DNA of 63,080 bases, taken from contig CAZSWA010000008.1 in NCBI GenBank assembly GCA_964610465.1, forward strand, positions 1 through 63,080. Direction: 5' to 3'. The stretch is from an uncultured Gammaproteobacteria bacterium (GTDB lineage: Bacteria; Patescibacteriota; Microgenomatia; Levybacterales; UBA12049). Position numbers and translations under genes: made by a program. Below, one piece after another: positions 1 through 10,057 of the stretch; the first letter of the stretch is position 1, and the number at the start of each line of letters is the position of its first letter. Under the pieces are notes generated by a model that saw only the letters and a program-made list of their open reading frames with translations, did no database searches and had not been told where the DNA came from.

Positions 1-110
1 CTACTCCTGTTGCCTCTCTCTCTGGCAAAACCTCCTTTGCTTCTCTTGTGGTTGACAATTCAGGGGTTGGTGATCTCTTTACTGCCTCCTCTTCTGGCTT
101 AAACAGATTT
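1..110 (+). repeat. copy 1 (partial) of ~100-nt intragenic direct repeat encoding the SGKTSFAG-VVDNSGVGDLFTAS module
   Basis: DNA and protein similarity to 495..650 and 1410..1585, read directly from the sequence. Confidence 0.8.
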
Positions 111-3100
111 GTCATTACCCAAAATGGCAATGTGGGGATAGGAACCACTACTCCGACCACTCTTTTAGATATAGAACAAACTCTCAACGGTACAATACAA
201 GAAAAAATTATCAATAATAGTACTGGAGCTCAAGCCAATGCGCAATTGCAAATCACAAACAGTGGAGGAAATGCATTATTCTTGACACAATTTTCTAATG
301 CAAATGGATCAACCTGGAGCGGTCTTAGCCAAGCAAATATGGCAAGAATCCGTAGTAATACTGGTAACGCGTACCTTGTTGTTACCACATCAAACACTGC
401 ACCTCTTGTTTTTGGTACCAATGATATAGAACGAGGAAGGTTTGATAGTTCAGGAAACCTTGGTATTGGGACTACTTCTCCCCTTGCTACATTAGATGTC
501 AGAACAACTTCAGGCACTACTCCTGCTGCTTCTGTCTCAGGTGCTACCTCTTTTGCAGGCCTGGTGGTTGACAATTCAGGGGTTGGTGATTTATTTACTG
601 CTTCTAAATCCGGTGCAACAAAGTTTGTAATTGGTAATGACGGTTCTATAAATCTCTACGGCGGAGCATCTGGATCTATAGGGATTAAAGCTCCATCAAG
701 TCCGACAAGTTACACTCTTACTCTTCCAAGCAGTAACAGTACAGGAACCCAGGCTCTTACGAATAATGGGAGTGGCGTATTATCCTGGACAAGTGTTGCA
801 ACAGGTACTAATCCATGGGATCTCGCTAACATGGCAATTATTCCCAAAGACAACCAGTATGATTTGCTGCTTGGTGCAACTGCAACAAGTTCTGCATTGT
901 TTTCTGTAACTCATATGGGTTCTGGTACACCCGTTGCATCAATTGCTGCCGGAACCAATAATCCAGCTCTTTCAATTGATGCCAATGGCAATATCCAAAC
1001 CTACAAAGCAACTACACTTACCCTTGGAGGAAGTAAGACTGGCAATATCTCATTTAATTCTGCTGGAACAACTGCAATGACAGTTGCTGGAGGCAATGTA
1101 GGGATAGGAACAACTAGTCCGTATGGAACAGTCAGTGGCTTTACCGGTGGTGGCTTACAAATTGGGAATGTGAATACTAACGCAACACCAAAAACCTTAT
1201 TCTTAAGTGATATGAGCAATGCTACCAATGCTGGTCCTCAGCTTCTGGGTAACTGGAGTGGCAATGGGGTCTGGGGACTTGGAGTGAGCAACAGTAGCAA
1301 TGCTACCTATACCCTTCGGCTTGGTGCTGCTGATACATCAGCTGGTACCTGGGCTACCAACCAAGATGGCTTTAAACTGCAAATTGGTGGTTCAGGTTCA
1401 AATGCCACAGCTCTTGGAACGCTTGACCTTCGGGCTGACTCTGGCACTCTCCCTGTTGCTTCTATCTCTGGGAAGACTTCTTTTGCAGGAATGGTAGTTG
1501 ACCAATCAGGTGTTGGTGATATTTTCACTGCTTCATCTTCTGGTCTTACAAGGTTTGTTATTGATATGAATGGCAATTTTGGTTTTGGTGGCAAACCAGC
1601 AACAAATCTTGACTTATCAGGCAATGGAACTATTCTTGCAACCGGTGCTGCACAGTTTAGCAGTTTTTCAGGAGGAGGACTGCAAGAATGTACCTCTGCA
1701 AATAAAAGACTTGTTTATCATGCTGGAACTAAATTATTTGATTGTGTAACAAATGCGAGCGCAATTAAATCATTCGTCAATACCAATACGGTAACCACGG
1801 TAAATAATGTGACAACTACCTACTGGACACAGGCCTTTGGTCCAAATGGAAGCGGTGCGAATAACCCTGCAACTCCATCTGCAGCACTTAACAACGTTGC
1901 AGATTCTATCCTCATTCAAGGTACTATTATTCTTAATGTTGCTGCAAACAACAAGTTTACCTCACTTTCAATATGGGCTAATACAAATGGTACCCAGCCT
2001 ACCTGTGGCACAACAACTACCTCTAATTTCAAGGTTGGAGGTGACCTCGGTTCCTTCGGAGCTGGTAGTCCGGCTACGATTACCTTCAGTTTAGTAAACG
2101 CTCCAGGTACAGCAAATGTCATGTACACAGTCTGTTCAACAGCATCAAATGATACAAGTGGCTCTATCAGCCGTATCGATATGCAGCTTCAAGAGGTATC
2201 TACCTCCGACTTGGCTGAGGTGTATCCAACCCTTAATACCAACCTGCAACCTGGAGATATCGTCACATCAGACGCGACAATGACCAGTGCTGTTATGAAA
2301 TCAACGAAAGAAAATGATTCAGCAGCCATGGGTGTTGTTTCAACCAAACCAGGACAGATCATTGGAGGAAATGATATCCCAAGTGGTATGAATGCAGCAT
2401 TAATTGCCCTTTCAGGTCGTGTTCCTGTAAAAGTTACCAGCCTTAATGGCACACCTCATGTTGGCGATCCAATTACGAGCAGTAACTTTCCAGGAGTTGG
2501 TATGGAACAAACTCAAGCTGGAAAGATAGTTGGCCGGGTGATTGAAGATGTAAATGATTGGAATGAGAATACCTGTAAAGTAGTCAATAGTCTTGATGAT
2601 ATAAATCTCCTTTGGCCACAGGATACAACTGGCGCCAATAGTGCTCATCCTTGTTTTGCTATCCCAACCAAAAATGTACAAGATGTTCCAGCAACTTATA
2701 CCAAACCATACATCTTTGTTGGTAAAGTCATGATAAAAGTTGAAAACAACTTTAATACTCCAGATGTAGTGCTCAACGTAAATGCAGATGGTCAATTACA
2801 GATTCGACCAGGAAGTGAAGTGACGCCAGATGACTTGGCAAATGCAGATAGATATTACCTCATGGATAAAGAGAATAATATTATCACCAATTCCGAAGCA
2901 TTCTCAGATGTCTTAGCAGCCAATGGTATCTTTGGCAAAATCACGGCAACTACAATAAACAGCAAAGCAGTACGTATTGGCAATGTAACTCTTAGTGCCA
3001 CTGATTCAGGAGCACTTAGCTTTACCAATAATGATGGTCTTAAAGTTGCCTCTCTTGATACTATAGGCAATCTTACGCTGAACGGAACGCTTACCACTAC

Positions 3101-4880
3101 TTCTGGAACCTTGGCAGTTGCACAGGATTATGCATCAACTGATACATCGCTTGAAGCAGGAGATGTGGTTACGATTGATACCAATGTAACAAGTTCTGTC
3201 ACTAAGACAGCCAATGCCTATGATACGAAAATGTTGGGTGTGTATGCTGATAACCCAGCCTTACGACTTTCAGAAAAAAACAATAGCAAATCAGTTCCAA
3301 TTGTCAGTACAGGAAAAGCATTAGTCAAAGTCTCAACTGAAAATGGTCTAATTCATAAAGGTGACTATCTTACCTCCTCCTCTACTGCAGGTGTTGCCAT
3401 GAAAGCTTCTCATGCAGGAGAAGTCTTAGGAAAAGCGCTTGAAGACTTCACTGCTTCAGCATCCGGCAAGATACAAGCCTTTATAAATGTTGGTTTTGCT
3501 GATCCTCAAAATATCTTAGCGAATATGGTACTTGGCAATGATGGCAAATTGGTTGTTGCAAATGTCAGTACTAAATCTATTGCACTTGATTCTTCACTTC
3601 AGGTTGGCGAGAAAGAAGTCAATGGAACACTGAATGATGCACTGCTTACAATGAACGATAGTATTACTTCTACTCAAAATAAAGTAAATGGTATTGAACA
3701 AGATGTACTCGCATTGGCTGCAAAGGCACAAACAATCGATATGAAAGTTGATACTCTTACTACAGAGGAAACATCAAACTCTGCTCAAATTGCCCAGACT
3801 TCTGAAAAAGTTGCTTCAACTGAAGCAAGAGTAGCCAATCTTGAGTCAAACGGAGCATCTATTTCTTCCCGAATCAGTCAAATAAATGATGTCGCAAAAC
3901 TTGCAATTGATAATGCCAATACCTTTAGCAGTAAAGTCGCATCAACTGCTGCCGATATCGCGAACTTAAGCAAACAACTTGGTGATTTCCTCTTCAATTT
4001 TAACAGTGCATCAGACTCTGCAACTGCTTTGCATCTGACTTCGCCTGATACGCTTATTGCATCTGAATCTGCATCTGGTGCCAATCTCAGTGCTACATCC
4101 AATGCCACTATTGCAGAAAACCTTACTGCCTATACCACTACAGTACAGGATACCTTCAAAGTACTTGGCACGTCCTATCTTAGCGATACAAGCATTGCAA
4201 GAAGTATAAAAGTTGGTGATACTTTCTCCATCTCACAAAATGCAATTAATGTAATAGGCACTCCTATAACTGATGGACAAACTCCAACTGATGGCATTCT
4301 CTACCTGCAGAATTCTCCACTTGCCAATCTTTTGGATATCTTCAGCGGCGCAGTTACGATTGACAGAAGCGGCACTATCCAGGCCAAAGGCGACATCAAC
4401 GTTTCAGGCAACGCGCAGATTAAAGGAGATATAAAACTTAGTGGAAATCTGCAACTTGATGGCGCAATCACTATCGCTGCAACTGCAGGAGCAGAACTTA
4501 AAGCAAGAGACGTTCTCTATATCTCAGCTCCTGGAATTGTCAAAAAAGCCGATGCAACCCAGATTGAAACATCAGTCGTAGTTGGTATTGCTGCCAATGA
4601 CGCACATGTAAATGATCAGGTCATTGTAATTATTGGAGGTAAAGCCAAAGGTTTTGAGAATCTCAAAGCTGGAAGTAGATATTATCTAGGAACAGATGGA
4701 AGTATTACTAGTATTATCCCGGCAAACTTCCTCAAAGCAGTTCCTATAGGAGTTGCTTTCTCTGATACTGAGTTAGTCATTGAACTTGCACCAGGTACGA
4801 TTGGTGATGCAAGCTACAACAGCAGTCCTCTTGATATTACTCCAACTCCAATAAGTGATACAAGCAGTACTACAAATTAG
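1..4880 (+). CDS. giant repeat-containing secreted/cell-surface protein, 5' end cut by window edge
   Basis: The frame of the 48..4880 ORF is already open from nt 3. Nt 3-47 read TPVASLSGKTSFASL, another copy of the internal repeat, so the true start lies upstream of the window. The protein is G/T/S/N-rich with three copies of the motif SG.TSFAG(L/M)VVD.SGVGD(L/I)FTAS.SG..(R/K)FVI. It has a long coiled-coil-like stretch (aa ~1180-1290) and no enzyme motif I recognise. Confidence 0.8.
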   Translation, partial: TPVASLSGKTSFASLVVDNSGVGDLFTASSSGLNRFVITQNGNVGIGTTTPTTLLDIEQTLNGTIQEKIINNSTGAQANAQLQITNSGGNALFLTQFSNANGSTWSGLSQANMARIRSNTGNAYLVVTTSNTAPLVFGTNDIERGRFDSSGNLGIGTTSPLATLDVRTTSGTTPAASVSGATSFAGLVVDNSGVGDLFTASKSGATKFVIGNDGSINLYGGASGSIGIKAPSSPTSYTLTLPSSNSTGTQALTNNGSGVLSWTSVATGTNPWDLANMAIIPKDNQYDLLLGATATSSALFSVTHMGSGTPVASIAAGTNNPALSIDANGNIQTYKATTLTLGGSKTGNISFNSAGTTAMTVAGGNVGIGTTSPYGTVSGFTGGGLQIGNVNTNATPKTLFLSDMSNATNAGPQLLGNWSGNGVWGLGVSNSSNATYTLRLGAADTSAGTWATNQDGFKLQIGGSGSNATALGTLDLRADSGTLPVASISGKTSFAGMVVDQSGVGDIFTASSSGLTRFVIDMNGNFGFGGKPATNLDLSGNGTILATGAAQFSSFSGGGLQECTSANKRLVYHAGTKLFDCVTNASAIKSFVNTNTVTTVNNVTTTYWTQAFGPNGSGANNPATPSAALNNVADSILIQGTIILNVAANNKFTSLSIWANTNGTQPTCGTTTTSNFKVGGDLGSFGAGSPATITFSLVNAPGTANVMYTVCSTASNDTSGSISRIDMQLQEVSTSDLAEVYPTLNTNLQPGDIVTSDATMTSAVMKSTKENDSAAMGVVSTKPGQIIGGNDIPSGMNAALIALSGRVPVKVTSLNGTPHVGDPITSSNFPGVGMEQTQAGKIVGRVIEDVNDWNENTCKVVNSLDDINLLWPQDTTGANSAHPCFAIPTKNVQDVPATYTKPYIFVGKVMIKVENNFNTPDVVLNVNADGQLQIRPGSEVTPDDLANADRYYLMDKENNIITNSEAFSDVLAANGIFGKITATTINSKAVRIGNVTLSATDSGALSFTNNDGLKVASLDTIGNLTLNGTLTTTSGTLAVAQDYASTDTSLEAGDVVTIDTNVTSSVTKTANAYDTKMLGVYADNPALRLSEKNNSKSVPIVSTGKALVKVSTENGLIHKGDYLTSSSTAGVAMKASHAGEVLGKALEDFTASASGKIQAFINVGFADPQNILANMVLGNDGKLVVANVSTKSIALDSSLQVGEKEVNGTLNDALLTMNDSITSTQNKVNGIEQDVLALAAKAQTIDMKVDTLTTEETSNSAQIAQTSEKVASTEARVANLESNGASISSRISQINDVAKLAIDNANTFSSKVASTAADIANLSKQLGDFLFNFNSASDSATALHLTSPDTLIASESASGANLSATSNATIAENLTAYTTTVQDTFKVLGTSYLSDTSIARSIKVGDTFSISQNAINVIGTPITDGQTPTDGILYLQNSPLANLLDIFSGAVTIDRSGTIQAKGDINVSGNAQIKGDIKLSGNLQLDGAITIAATAGAELKARDVLYISAPGIVKKADATQIETSVVVGIAANDAHVNDQVIVIIGGKAKGFENLKAGSRYYLGTDGSITSIIPANFLKAVPIGVAFSDTELVIELAPGTIGDASYNSSPLDITPTPISDTSSTTN
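495..650 (+). repeat. copy 2 of intragenic repeat (TLDVRTTSGTTPAASVSGATSFAGLVVDNSGVGDLFTASKSG)
   Basis: Imperfect direct repeat of 1..110 and 1410..1585. The core ggttgacaattcaggggttggtgat is identical to copy 1. Confidence 0.8.
1410..1585 (+). repeat. copy 3 of intragenic repeat (TLDLRADSGTLPVASISGKTSFAGMVVDQSGVGDIFTASSSG)
   Basis: Imperfect direct repeat of the two copies above. Confidence 0.8.
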
Positions 4881-5205
4881 AATAAACAATTTTCTTACCC
4901 AAAGTTCATAAATACTACTCTAGTGTAGTAAATTACCAATTGCCATTTGTCCTGTAGAAGCTGTATTTTTTATATTTTTGGGGTTCAACTAAATTACCAT
5001 GTGAATGGAAAATCGCAATTGCATTGAGTAATTCTATATATCTAAAGTCTGTATATTTATTTATCTATCAATCTGAATTGACTAGCATAAATTATGTTTG
5101 TTTCTGCTGTTTATTATGTTTTATAAGAATTTTAACTGATTCCTTTTACCTTGAGAAAAAAGAAAGATTATCTTCAAGGAATCTTTTACTTGGAGTAAAA
5201 GTAAC

Positions 5206-6819
5206 TTAAAAATTGCTGTAGCTACTCATTAAATCTTTTTCAGTTAAAAGAGTTCCGCCAATTTTTGTCATAATCTCATTTGCGGTTTTTAAGACCTGTT
5301 GAGGCTCTGAAGTATATTGGAGAGTTTCAAAGAGAATTTGATTATCTTTATAAAAATTATCTCCATATACTCTATCAAGAAGTGTCTCAAGTCCTTTTTC
5401 ATTTTTTGTAAAATAGATGTCTGCCAAATCACTTTCGGCAATTCTATTGGTCATAGCAGAAATAATTTTGACAAATACAGGATATCCCAAATTCGTACTG
5501 GTATTTAATTGGTCCTTTATGGTTTGGCGCGCAAAATATTCAGTCAGACCTTCTTCAAAAAAAATATCTGTGAGCTTTTGCTGTTCTGAAATATAACTTA
5601 CATAATGAAGATACTCATGAGTTACTGTTGCAAAAAAATCAGCTATCGTATGAGCGTTATTGGTATTAAGAACTATTTTTATTGAATCTTTTGGTTCAAA
5701 AACTCCTAACTCAAATGGGATGTTGCCTTTTGATACTTGTATAATTTTTTTTAGATTTTTAAAAAAGGTGTCATATGCAGTATAGGTAGCAAGTTGCTTA
5801 GTACCAAATGCAAGAAGGTCATTAAGTGAATTCGCATTTTCAGTTGTTTTCGAAATAGTATTCTCCCATTGACTACGCAAGTTTTTACAATCAGTTATTG
5901 AATATTGCGATCCTAAACACTGTTTATATTCATTATCTTTTTGAGAAACTTGTTGTTGAAATAAAATATTACTGTTTGCAAGTGTATCCTTTGTAGTTTG
6001 TATTTCTGCAGAGAGCGAGCTTATATTCTCATCAAGTTTTTGAATAGTTACATCAATTGCTGCTAGTTTTTTAAGAAAGTTACGCTGCCGATAGCTAACA
6101 TATTCTGTGTTATTCATGATAGCAACTTTTGGGTATGATTTTATTAGCCTTCCCCAAAAATATTGTTTTATAAAAAGATACCCAATTACAGGACTTACCC
6201 TCTCCATATCATGACTATCAATAGCAGTAATAATAAGAGTATTATCAATAAGCAGCATACTTGCACTTTGCTTTTTTATTGGCAGTATTAAAAAGCTTGG
6301 GATAGATGATAGAATGTATTTTCCATATAAATTATCATTTCCACTTGCTGCAGTTGCGATAGCGGTAACTTCTTTACTAGGGTCATTATCTGCTGAAATG
6401 ATAATTGGTGGATGATTGTTTGTTGTAAGATTCCGGACAATGCTAGGTACATCATTTTCAATACCTAGTATCTTAGGATTAAGATTCATAAGGAAAGCGA
6501 AAATATTTAATTCAAAAAACGCGATACAAAAAAGGAGCACATATGCCAGGAGAAATCCTAATGTGAGTACTTGAATACTTTGTATACTGGCATGAATCAG
6601 CTTTTTATGAAATGGATGCTGCTTCTCAAAGTATTTTGTATAGTGAAGAAGTGTTATGCCAAGAAAACCTAAAAGAAAGAAAAGTAAGTAGCGAACTATA
6701 CTTGAAAGCTCTGTTGAAAAATATACTAAAAAAAGGTTTGTTGTTTTTTCAACTGGCAGATAATAAAAAAAAGAAATACTGATAAATAACGCGGTGATTC
6801 CTATTATAAGAAGGAGCAT
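5206..6819 (-). CDS. membrane-anchored hypothetical protein with C-terminal HExxH metallopeptidase-like motif
   Basis: The 537-aa ORF has several N-terminal hydrophobic helices, a central coiled-coil-like segment and the motif VTHEYLHYVSY (HExxH). No closer family is recognisable. Confidence 0.7.
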   Translation of the reverse strand: MLLLIIGITALFISISFFYYLPVEKTTNLFLVYFSTELSSIVRYLLFFLLGFLGITLLHYTKYFEKQHPFHKKLIHASIQSIQVLTLGFLLAYVLLFCIAFFELNIFAFLMNLNPKILGIENDVPSIVRNLTTNNHPPIIISADNDPSKEVTAIATAASGNDNLYGKYILSSIPSFLILPIKKQSASMLLIDNTLIITAIDSHDMERVSPVIGYLFIKQYFWGRLIKSYPKVAIMNNTEYVSYRQRNFLKKLAAIDVTIQKLDENISSLSAEIQTTKDTLANSNILFQQQVSQKDNEYKQCLGSQYSITDCKNLRSQWENTISKTTENANSLNDLLAFGTKQLATYTAYDTFFKNLKKIIQVSKGNIPFELGVFEPKDSIKIVLNTNNAHTIADFFATVTHEYLHYVSYISEQQKLTDIFFEEGLTEYFARQTIKDQLNTSTNLGYPVFVKIISAMTNRIAESDLADIYFTKNEKGLETLLDRVYGDNFYKDNQILFETLQYTSEPQQVLKTANEIMTKIGGTLLTEKDLMSSYSNF

Positions 6820-6935
6820 AGTTTCATTGGTATACTTATACTACACTTCGTACTATAAGAAAGCAATAAATGAATAACATTCTTGAAATTTAAAAAACAG
6901 TTGAGTTTTAAAAAAACATTCTTAAACTTCTTCAA

Positions 6936-9248
6936 TTAGCGCGTTGGTGACTCACTTACTTGAGGGGTTTGAGATGGATATGATTGGGGTAATACTGCGT
7001 TTGGATTTTTCTTTACTGCAGCTGGGGTTGCAACTTGTGGCGGATTGTTAAGGTTCGGCACATTTACCTGAGGAAGGTTTGAATTCCGCAGAGCACTATT
7101 CGTCTGAGCTGCTGGGGCTTCTTGACCGCCTTGAGATGCGCTTCCTGTTGAGATTTTGGCTTTGAGATCTCCAAGAAGACTATTTGCAGTTTTATAATCT
7201 GGGCTATTGGTATCTTTTGAAAGCAAAGCTACTGTTTGATTGGCAACGACTAAAGCATTTTGTAAATCGCCTTTATCTCGTAACGCAATTGCTAAATTAT
7301 AGTATGCATTGGCATAATCAGGTTTCAAGTTAGCTGCGTCAGTAAAGAATCGAATTGCTAAATCATAGTTCTTCGCCGCGTAGTAAATGCCACCTACATT
7401 TAAGCGCAAAACAGGATTCAATGGATCAAGTTGAATTGCTCTCCCATATGCATCAAGCGCAAACACTAACGCATTTTGTGCGACTCCTGTAATATTTCGA
7501 TAAATTGATGCTAATACTTCCCAATTTCGTGAGGAGCGAGGACTTAATGCAGTACTTACTCTTCCTTCATTGATAGCTTGCGCAAGAAGAGTTTGTATAG
7601 TTTGCTTATCTTGTACGGTTAATGAACCAGTAGCAGATGCGTTTGTTGGACCTTTTTGAGCAACAATTGCATTGGCTAACGCAAAATTGGTTTGTGACAT
7701 ATCTACTCTATATAAATCAACTTGTGGGTTTAACGATTCAGCTTTTTGTAAATATTGGTAGGTTAATGTCCCACTCTTATTTGCTTGAAGAAGTGCTTGT
7801 CGATGATAATAGTCTGCTGCAACTACATTAAATGTAGTATACAAGGTAGGAATAACTATTATTAAATAGACGATAAATATGATGATGGGAAGAAGATCAA
7901 ACTGCCTACTCGTAGTTGATGCTTTTATTCCCATAGACAGTTCCACTACTCTTTCTCTAATTGAACGCTGTGCTGCCATCATTGTTGCCAACATAAGCAA
8001 GGTAATAACCAAAGAAACTAAAGTAGTTGCATGAATGGCAAAGAGAATTATAGTAAGGAGCCCGGTAATCGCCAATGCGGGAAGTAACACATGAGTTGTA
8101 TCCTGATGAGCATCAGAATTATCAAGTGAAAGGTTTCTCCAGCTGATGTTGAAAATCACAAGACATACTATTATAAGAGCAGAGAAACCAAGTATTCCTA
8201 AAGTACCTAATACCTGTAAGAATTCATTGTAGGCAGTATCAAATGAGAAATTCCAAAACTTCAAGAGGTTAAATTCCACTGGTTTATAGCTGGTGAAATC
8301 AAAAAGATAGGTTGAAGGACCAGTCCCTACAAAAGGTGCATCTCTAAATGCCGATGCAGTGATTTTCCAGGAAACAGCAAAAGGTAATTGGATCTCCTTG
8401 GGAAAGTTTGCTTCCATTTGTTGCAGTTTATTCAATCCTCCTGGAAATGGTACATATGCTAAGACAAGAACCGCACCTACTACTATAATTGGGACAAGAA
8501 ATAAGGCAAATGTTCTACGCACTTGTTGAGGTTTTGAGACAAAGAAACAGAGTGCAAACACTATAAGAAGCGCAATATATGTTGAGAGAGAACCAATTAA
8601 TGCAATTGTTATACCAAAGAGAATTGTTAAAGCCAAGGCTATTGGTAAAGGTAGATAGTCATTTTGATTGAGAATGGAAAGAAGCGGAAAAGGCAAAAGG
8701 AGTAATAAGAATGCGATAGTTGCAAAAGACGAACCAGTAGGAGTGAAGTTTACTACTTTTGCAAAATCAAATGGCAGGAAGAGCTGAAAGAAAGATAAAA
8801 GAGTAATAACCGCTACTAACGTCCCACTTGCATAAAGAATATAGATAAGAGATTTTATTCTTACCAAACTTCTTAAATGTGAAACTGCTACAAAATATAA
8901 TAGTATATAGGTTACGAAAGAAACTGCTGAACCATGAACTCTTGGGAAGTTTCCATATATTGCGGCACTTCTTGTAGGACTAAAATAGGTCGAAACGATT
9001 ATTATCGCCAATAAGAGTAAAAGCGGAATATCAAGAGGCGTTCTGACAATGGCAATTTTTCCTTTTACAATTGAAGAAAAAATCCAAAGGCCTAATATTA
9101 CTAATGTAGTAACTAACAAGAAAATTAATTTTGGCATTTCAAAAAACTCAGTAGTTTGATTTAAGAAAAGAAGTGGAGTAAGTCCTGCAACTAATAAAAG
9201 AAGAAAAGAAATTGCATTATCTAGATAGATTGTAAGTTGGTTTCTCAT
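6936..9248 (-). CDS. O-antigen-ligase-like polytopic membrane protein with C-terminal TPR repeats
   Basis: The 770-aa ORF has more than 10 predicted TM helices in the Wzy/O-antigen-ligase style. These are followed by TPR-like repeats (AIQLDPLNPVLRLNVGGIYYAAKNYDLAIRFFTDAANLKPDYANAYYNLAIALRDKGDLQNAL) and a low-complexity tail. Confidence 0.75.
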   Translation of the reverse strand: MRNQLTIYLDNAISFLLLLVAGLTPLLFLNQTTEFFEMPKLIFLLVTTLVILGLWIFSSIVKGKIAIVRTPLDIPLLLLLAIIIVSTYFSPTRSAAIYGNFPRVHGSAVSFVTYILLYFVAVSHLRSLVRIKSLIYILYASGTLVAVITLLSFFQLFLPFDFAKVVNFTPTGSSFATIAFLLLLLPFPLLSILNQNDYLPLPIALALTILFGITIALIGSLSTYIALLIVFALCFFVSKPQQVRRTFALFLVPIIVVGAVLVLAYVPFPGGLNKLQQMEANFPKEIQLPFAVSWKITASAFRDAPFVGTGPSTYLFDFTSYKPVEFNLLKFWNFSFDTAYNEFLQVLGTLGILGFSALIIVCLVIFNISWRNLSLDNSDAHQDTTHVLLPALAITGLLTIILFAIHATTLVSLVITLLMLATMMAAQRSIRERVVELSMGIKASTTSRQFDLLPIIIFIVYLIIVIPTLYTTFNVVAADYYHRQALLQANKSGTLTYQYLQKAESLNPQVDLYRVDMSQTNFALANAIVAQKGPTNASATGSLTVQDKQTIQTLLAQAINEGRVSTALSPRSSRNWEVLASIYRNITGVAQNALVFALDAYGRAIQLDPLNPVLRLNVGGIYYAAKNYDLAIRFFTDAANLKPDYANAYYNLAIALRDKGDLQNALVVANQTVALLSKDTNSPDYKTANSLLGDLKAKISTGSASQGGQEAPAAQTNSALRNSNLPQVNVPNLNNPPQVATPAAVKKNPNAVLPQSYPSQTPQVSESPTR

Positions 9249-9392
9249 AGTGATGAATCACAAGAGTTTATTGGTCCATATGTGACTTCAACAATTACTA
9301 ATAATAGTAAACAAAAAGAGAAACTCTCGTCAATAGGCAATTTGCTTATGTATCCCTTGAAAACACGTGATTGAATTTAATATAATAGAGTT

Positions 9393-9857
9393 ATGAATTC
9401 ATTTTCATTTTCCCAATTCCTGAATCGTTTCCCTGATGATACGACATGTCTTGAAGAAATAAAAAAAGTACGTTTTCCCGCAGGTATTCATTGCATCATT
9501 TGTAACAAAATCACAAAACATTACAAACTCAAAGGAAGAACTGCTTATTCATGTAAAATTTGTCGTAATCAAGTATATCCATTAAAAGACACGATTTTTG
9601 CAAAAACTTCTACTCCCCTTCGTGTCTGGTTTTATGCTCTTTTTCTTATGACCCATACCCGATCAGATATTTCAATAAAACAACTGCAGCGCGAATTAGG
9701 AGTAACTTACAAAACTGCATGGAGAATGTATGCAAACATTCATATGCTTATGGAACAAAATAATGGAGATTTACTTGTAAAACCCGGCTGGCAAGAACGG
9801 AAATGGATATTTTTTAATACTATTGAATTCAAAGTGGTACAACGATCAGGAAAATGA
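9393..9857 (+). CDS. IS1595-type transposase N-terminal zinc-ribbon/HTH domain protein (no DDE domain)
   Basis: The 154-aa ORF has CxxC...CxxC (CIICNKITKHYKLKGRTAYSCKICRN) followed by LRVWFYALFLMTHTRSDISIKQLQRELGVTYKTAWRM, typical of the N-terminus of IS1595-family transposases. The ORF ends before any catalytic domain. Confidence 0.65.
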   Translation: MNSFSFSQFLNRFPDDTTCLEEIKKVRFPAGIHCIICNKITKHYKLKGRTAYSCKICRNQVYPLKDTIFAKTSTPLRVWFYALFLMTHTRSDISIKQLQRELGVTYKTAWRMYANIHMLMEQNNGDLLVKPGWQERKWIFFNTIEFKVVQRSGK

Positions 9858-9893
9858 TTACAATTAACTGTTGACTTATAACTAATACTTATC

Positions 9894-10016
9894 TTAGCTA
9901 CGTTTTACTGCCCGTTTTAATAGTTCAAAAAAATCTTTTTTGGCATCAGACCTTCCTCCTTTTTTGAGAAGCGCTTTTAATTTTTTGTCTTTGATGATGA
10001 GGCGTTTCTTCTGCAT
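9894..10016 (-). CDS. possible small basic protein (40 aa, MQKKRLIIKDKKLKALLKKGGRSDAKKDFFELLKRAVKRS)
   Basis: My own translation of an ORF too short for the supplied track. It sits in an otherwise empty 200-nt spacer and has no other support. Confidence 0.2.
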   Translation of the reverse strand: MQKKRLIIKDKKLKALLKKGGRSDAKKDFFELLKRAVKRS

Positions 10017-10057
10017 GCTGCGCTTATATAATATAGACACCAAAGAGAAGAAAGATC

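Noticed and set aside
230-4108. Numerous 60-130-aa ORFs antisense to or out of frame with the giant surface-protein gene (for example 230..574, 1307..1624, 2412..2795, 3878..4108).
   Set aside because: They lie wholly inside a much longer ORF that has clear repeat and motif structure. Their products are low-complexity mirror translations with no start context.
1-6819. Prophage tail-fibre module.
   Set aside because: The giant protein has fibre-like repeats, but no capsid, terminase, portal, baseplate or integrase genes are adjacent. The neighbours are envelope-biogenesis genes.
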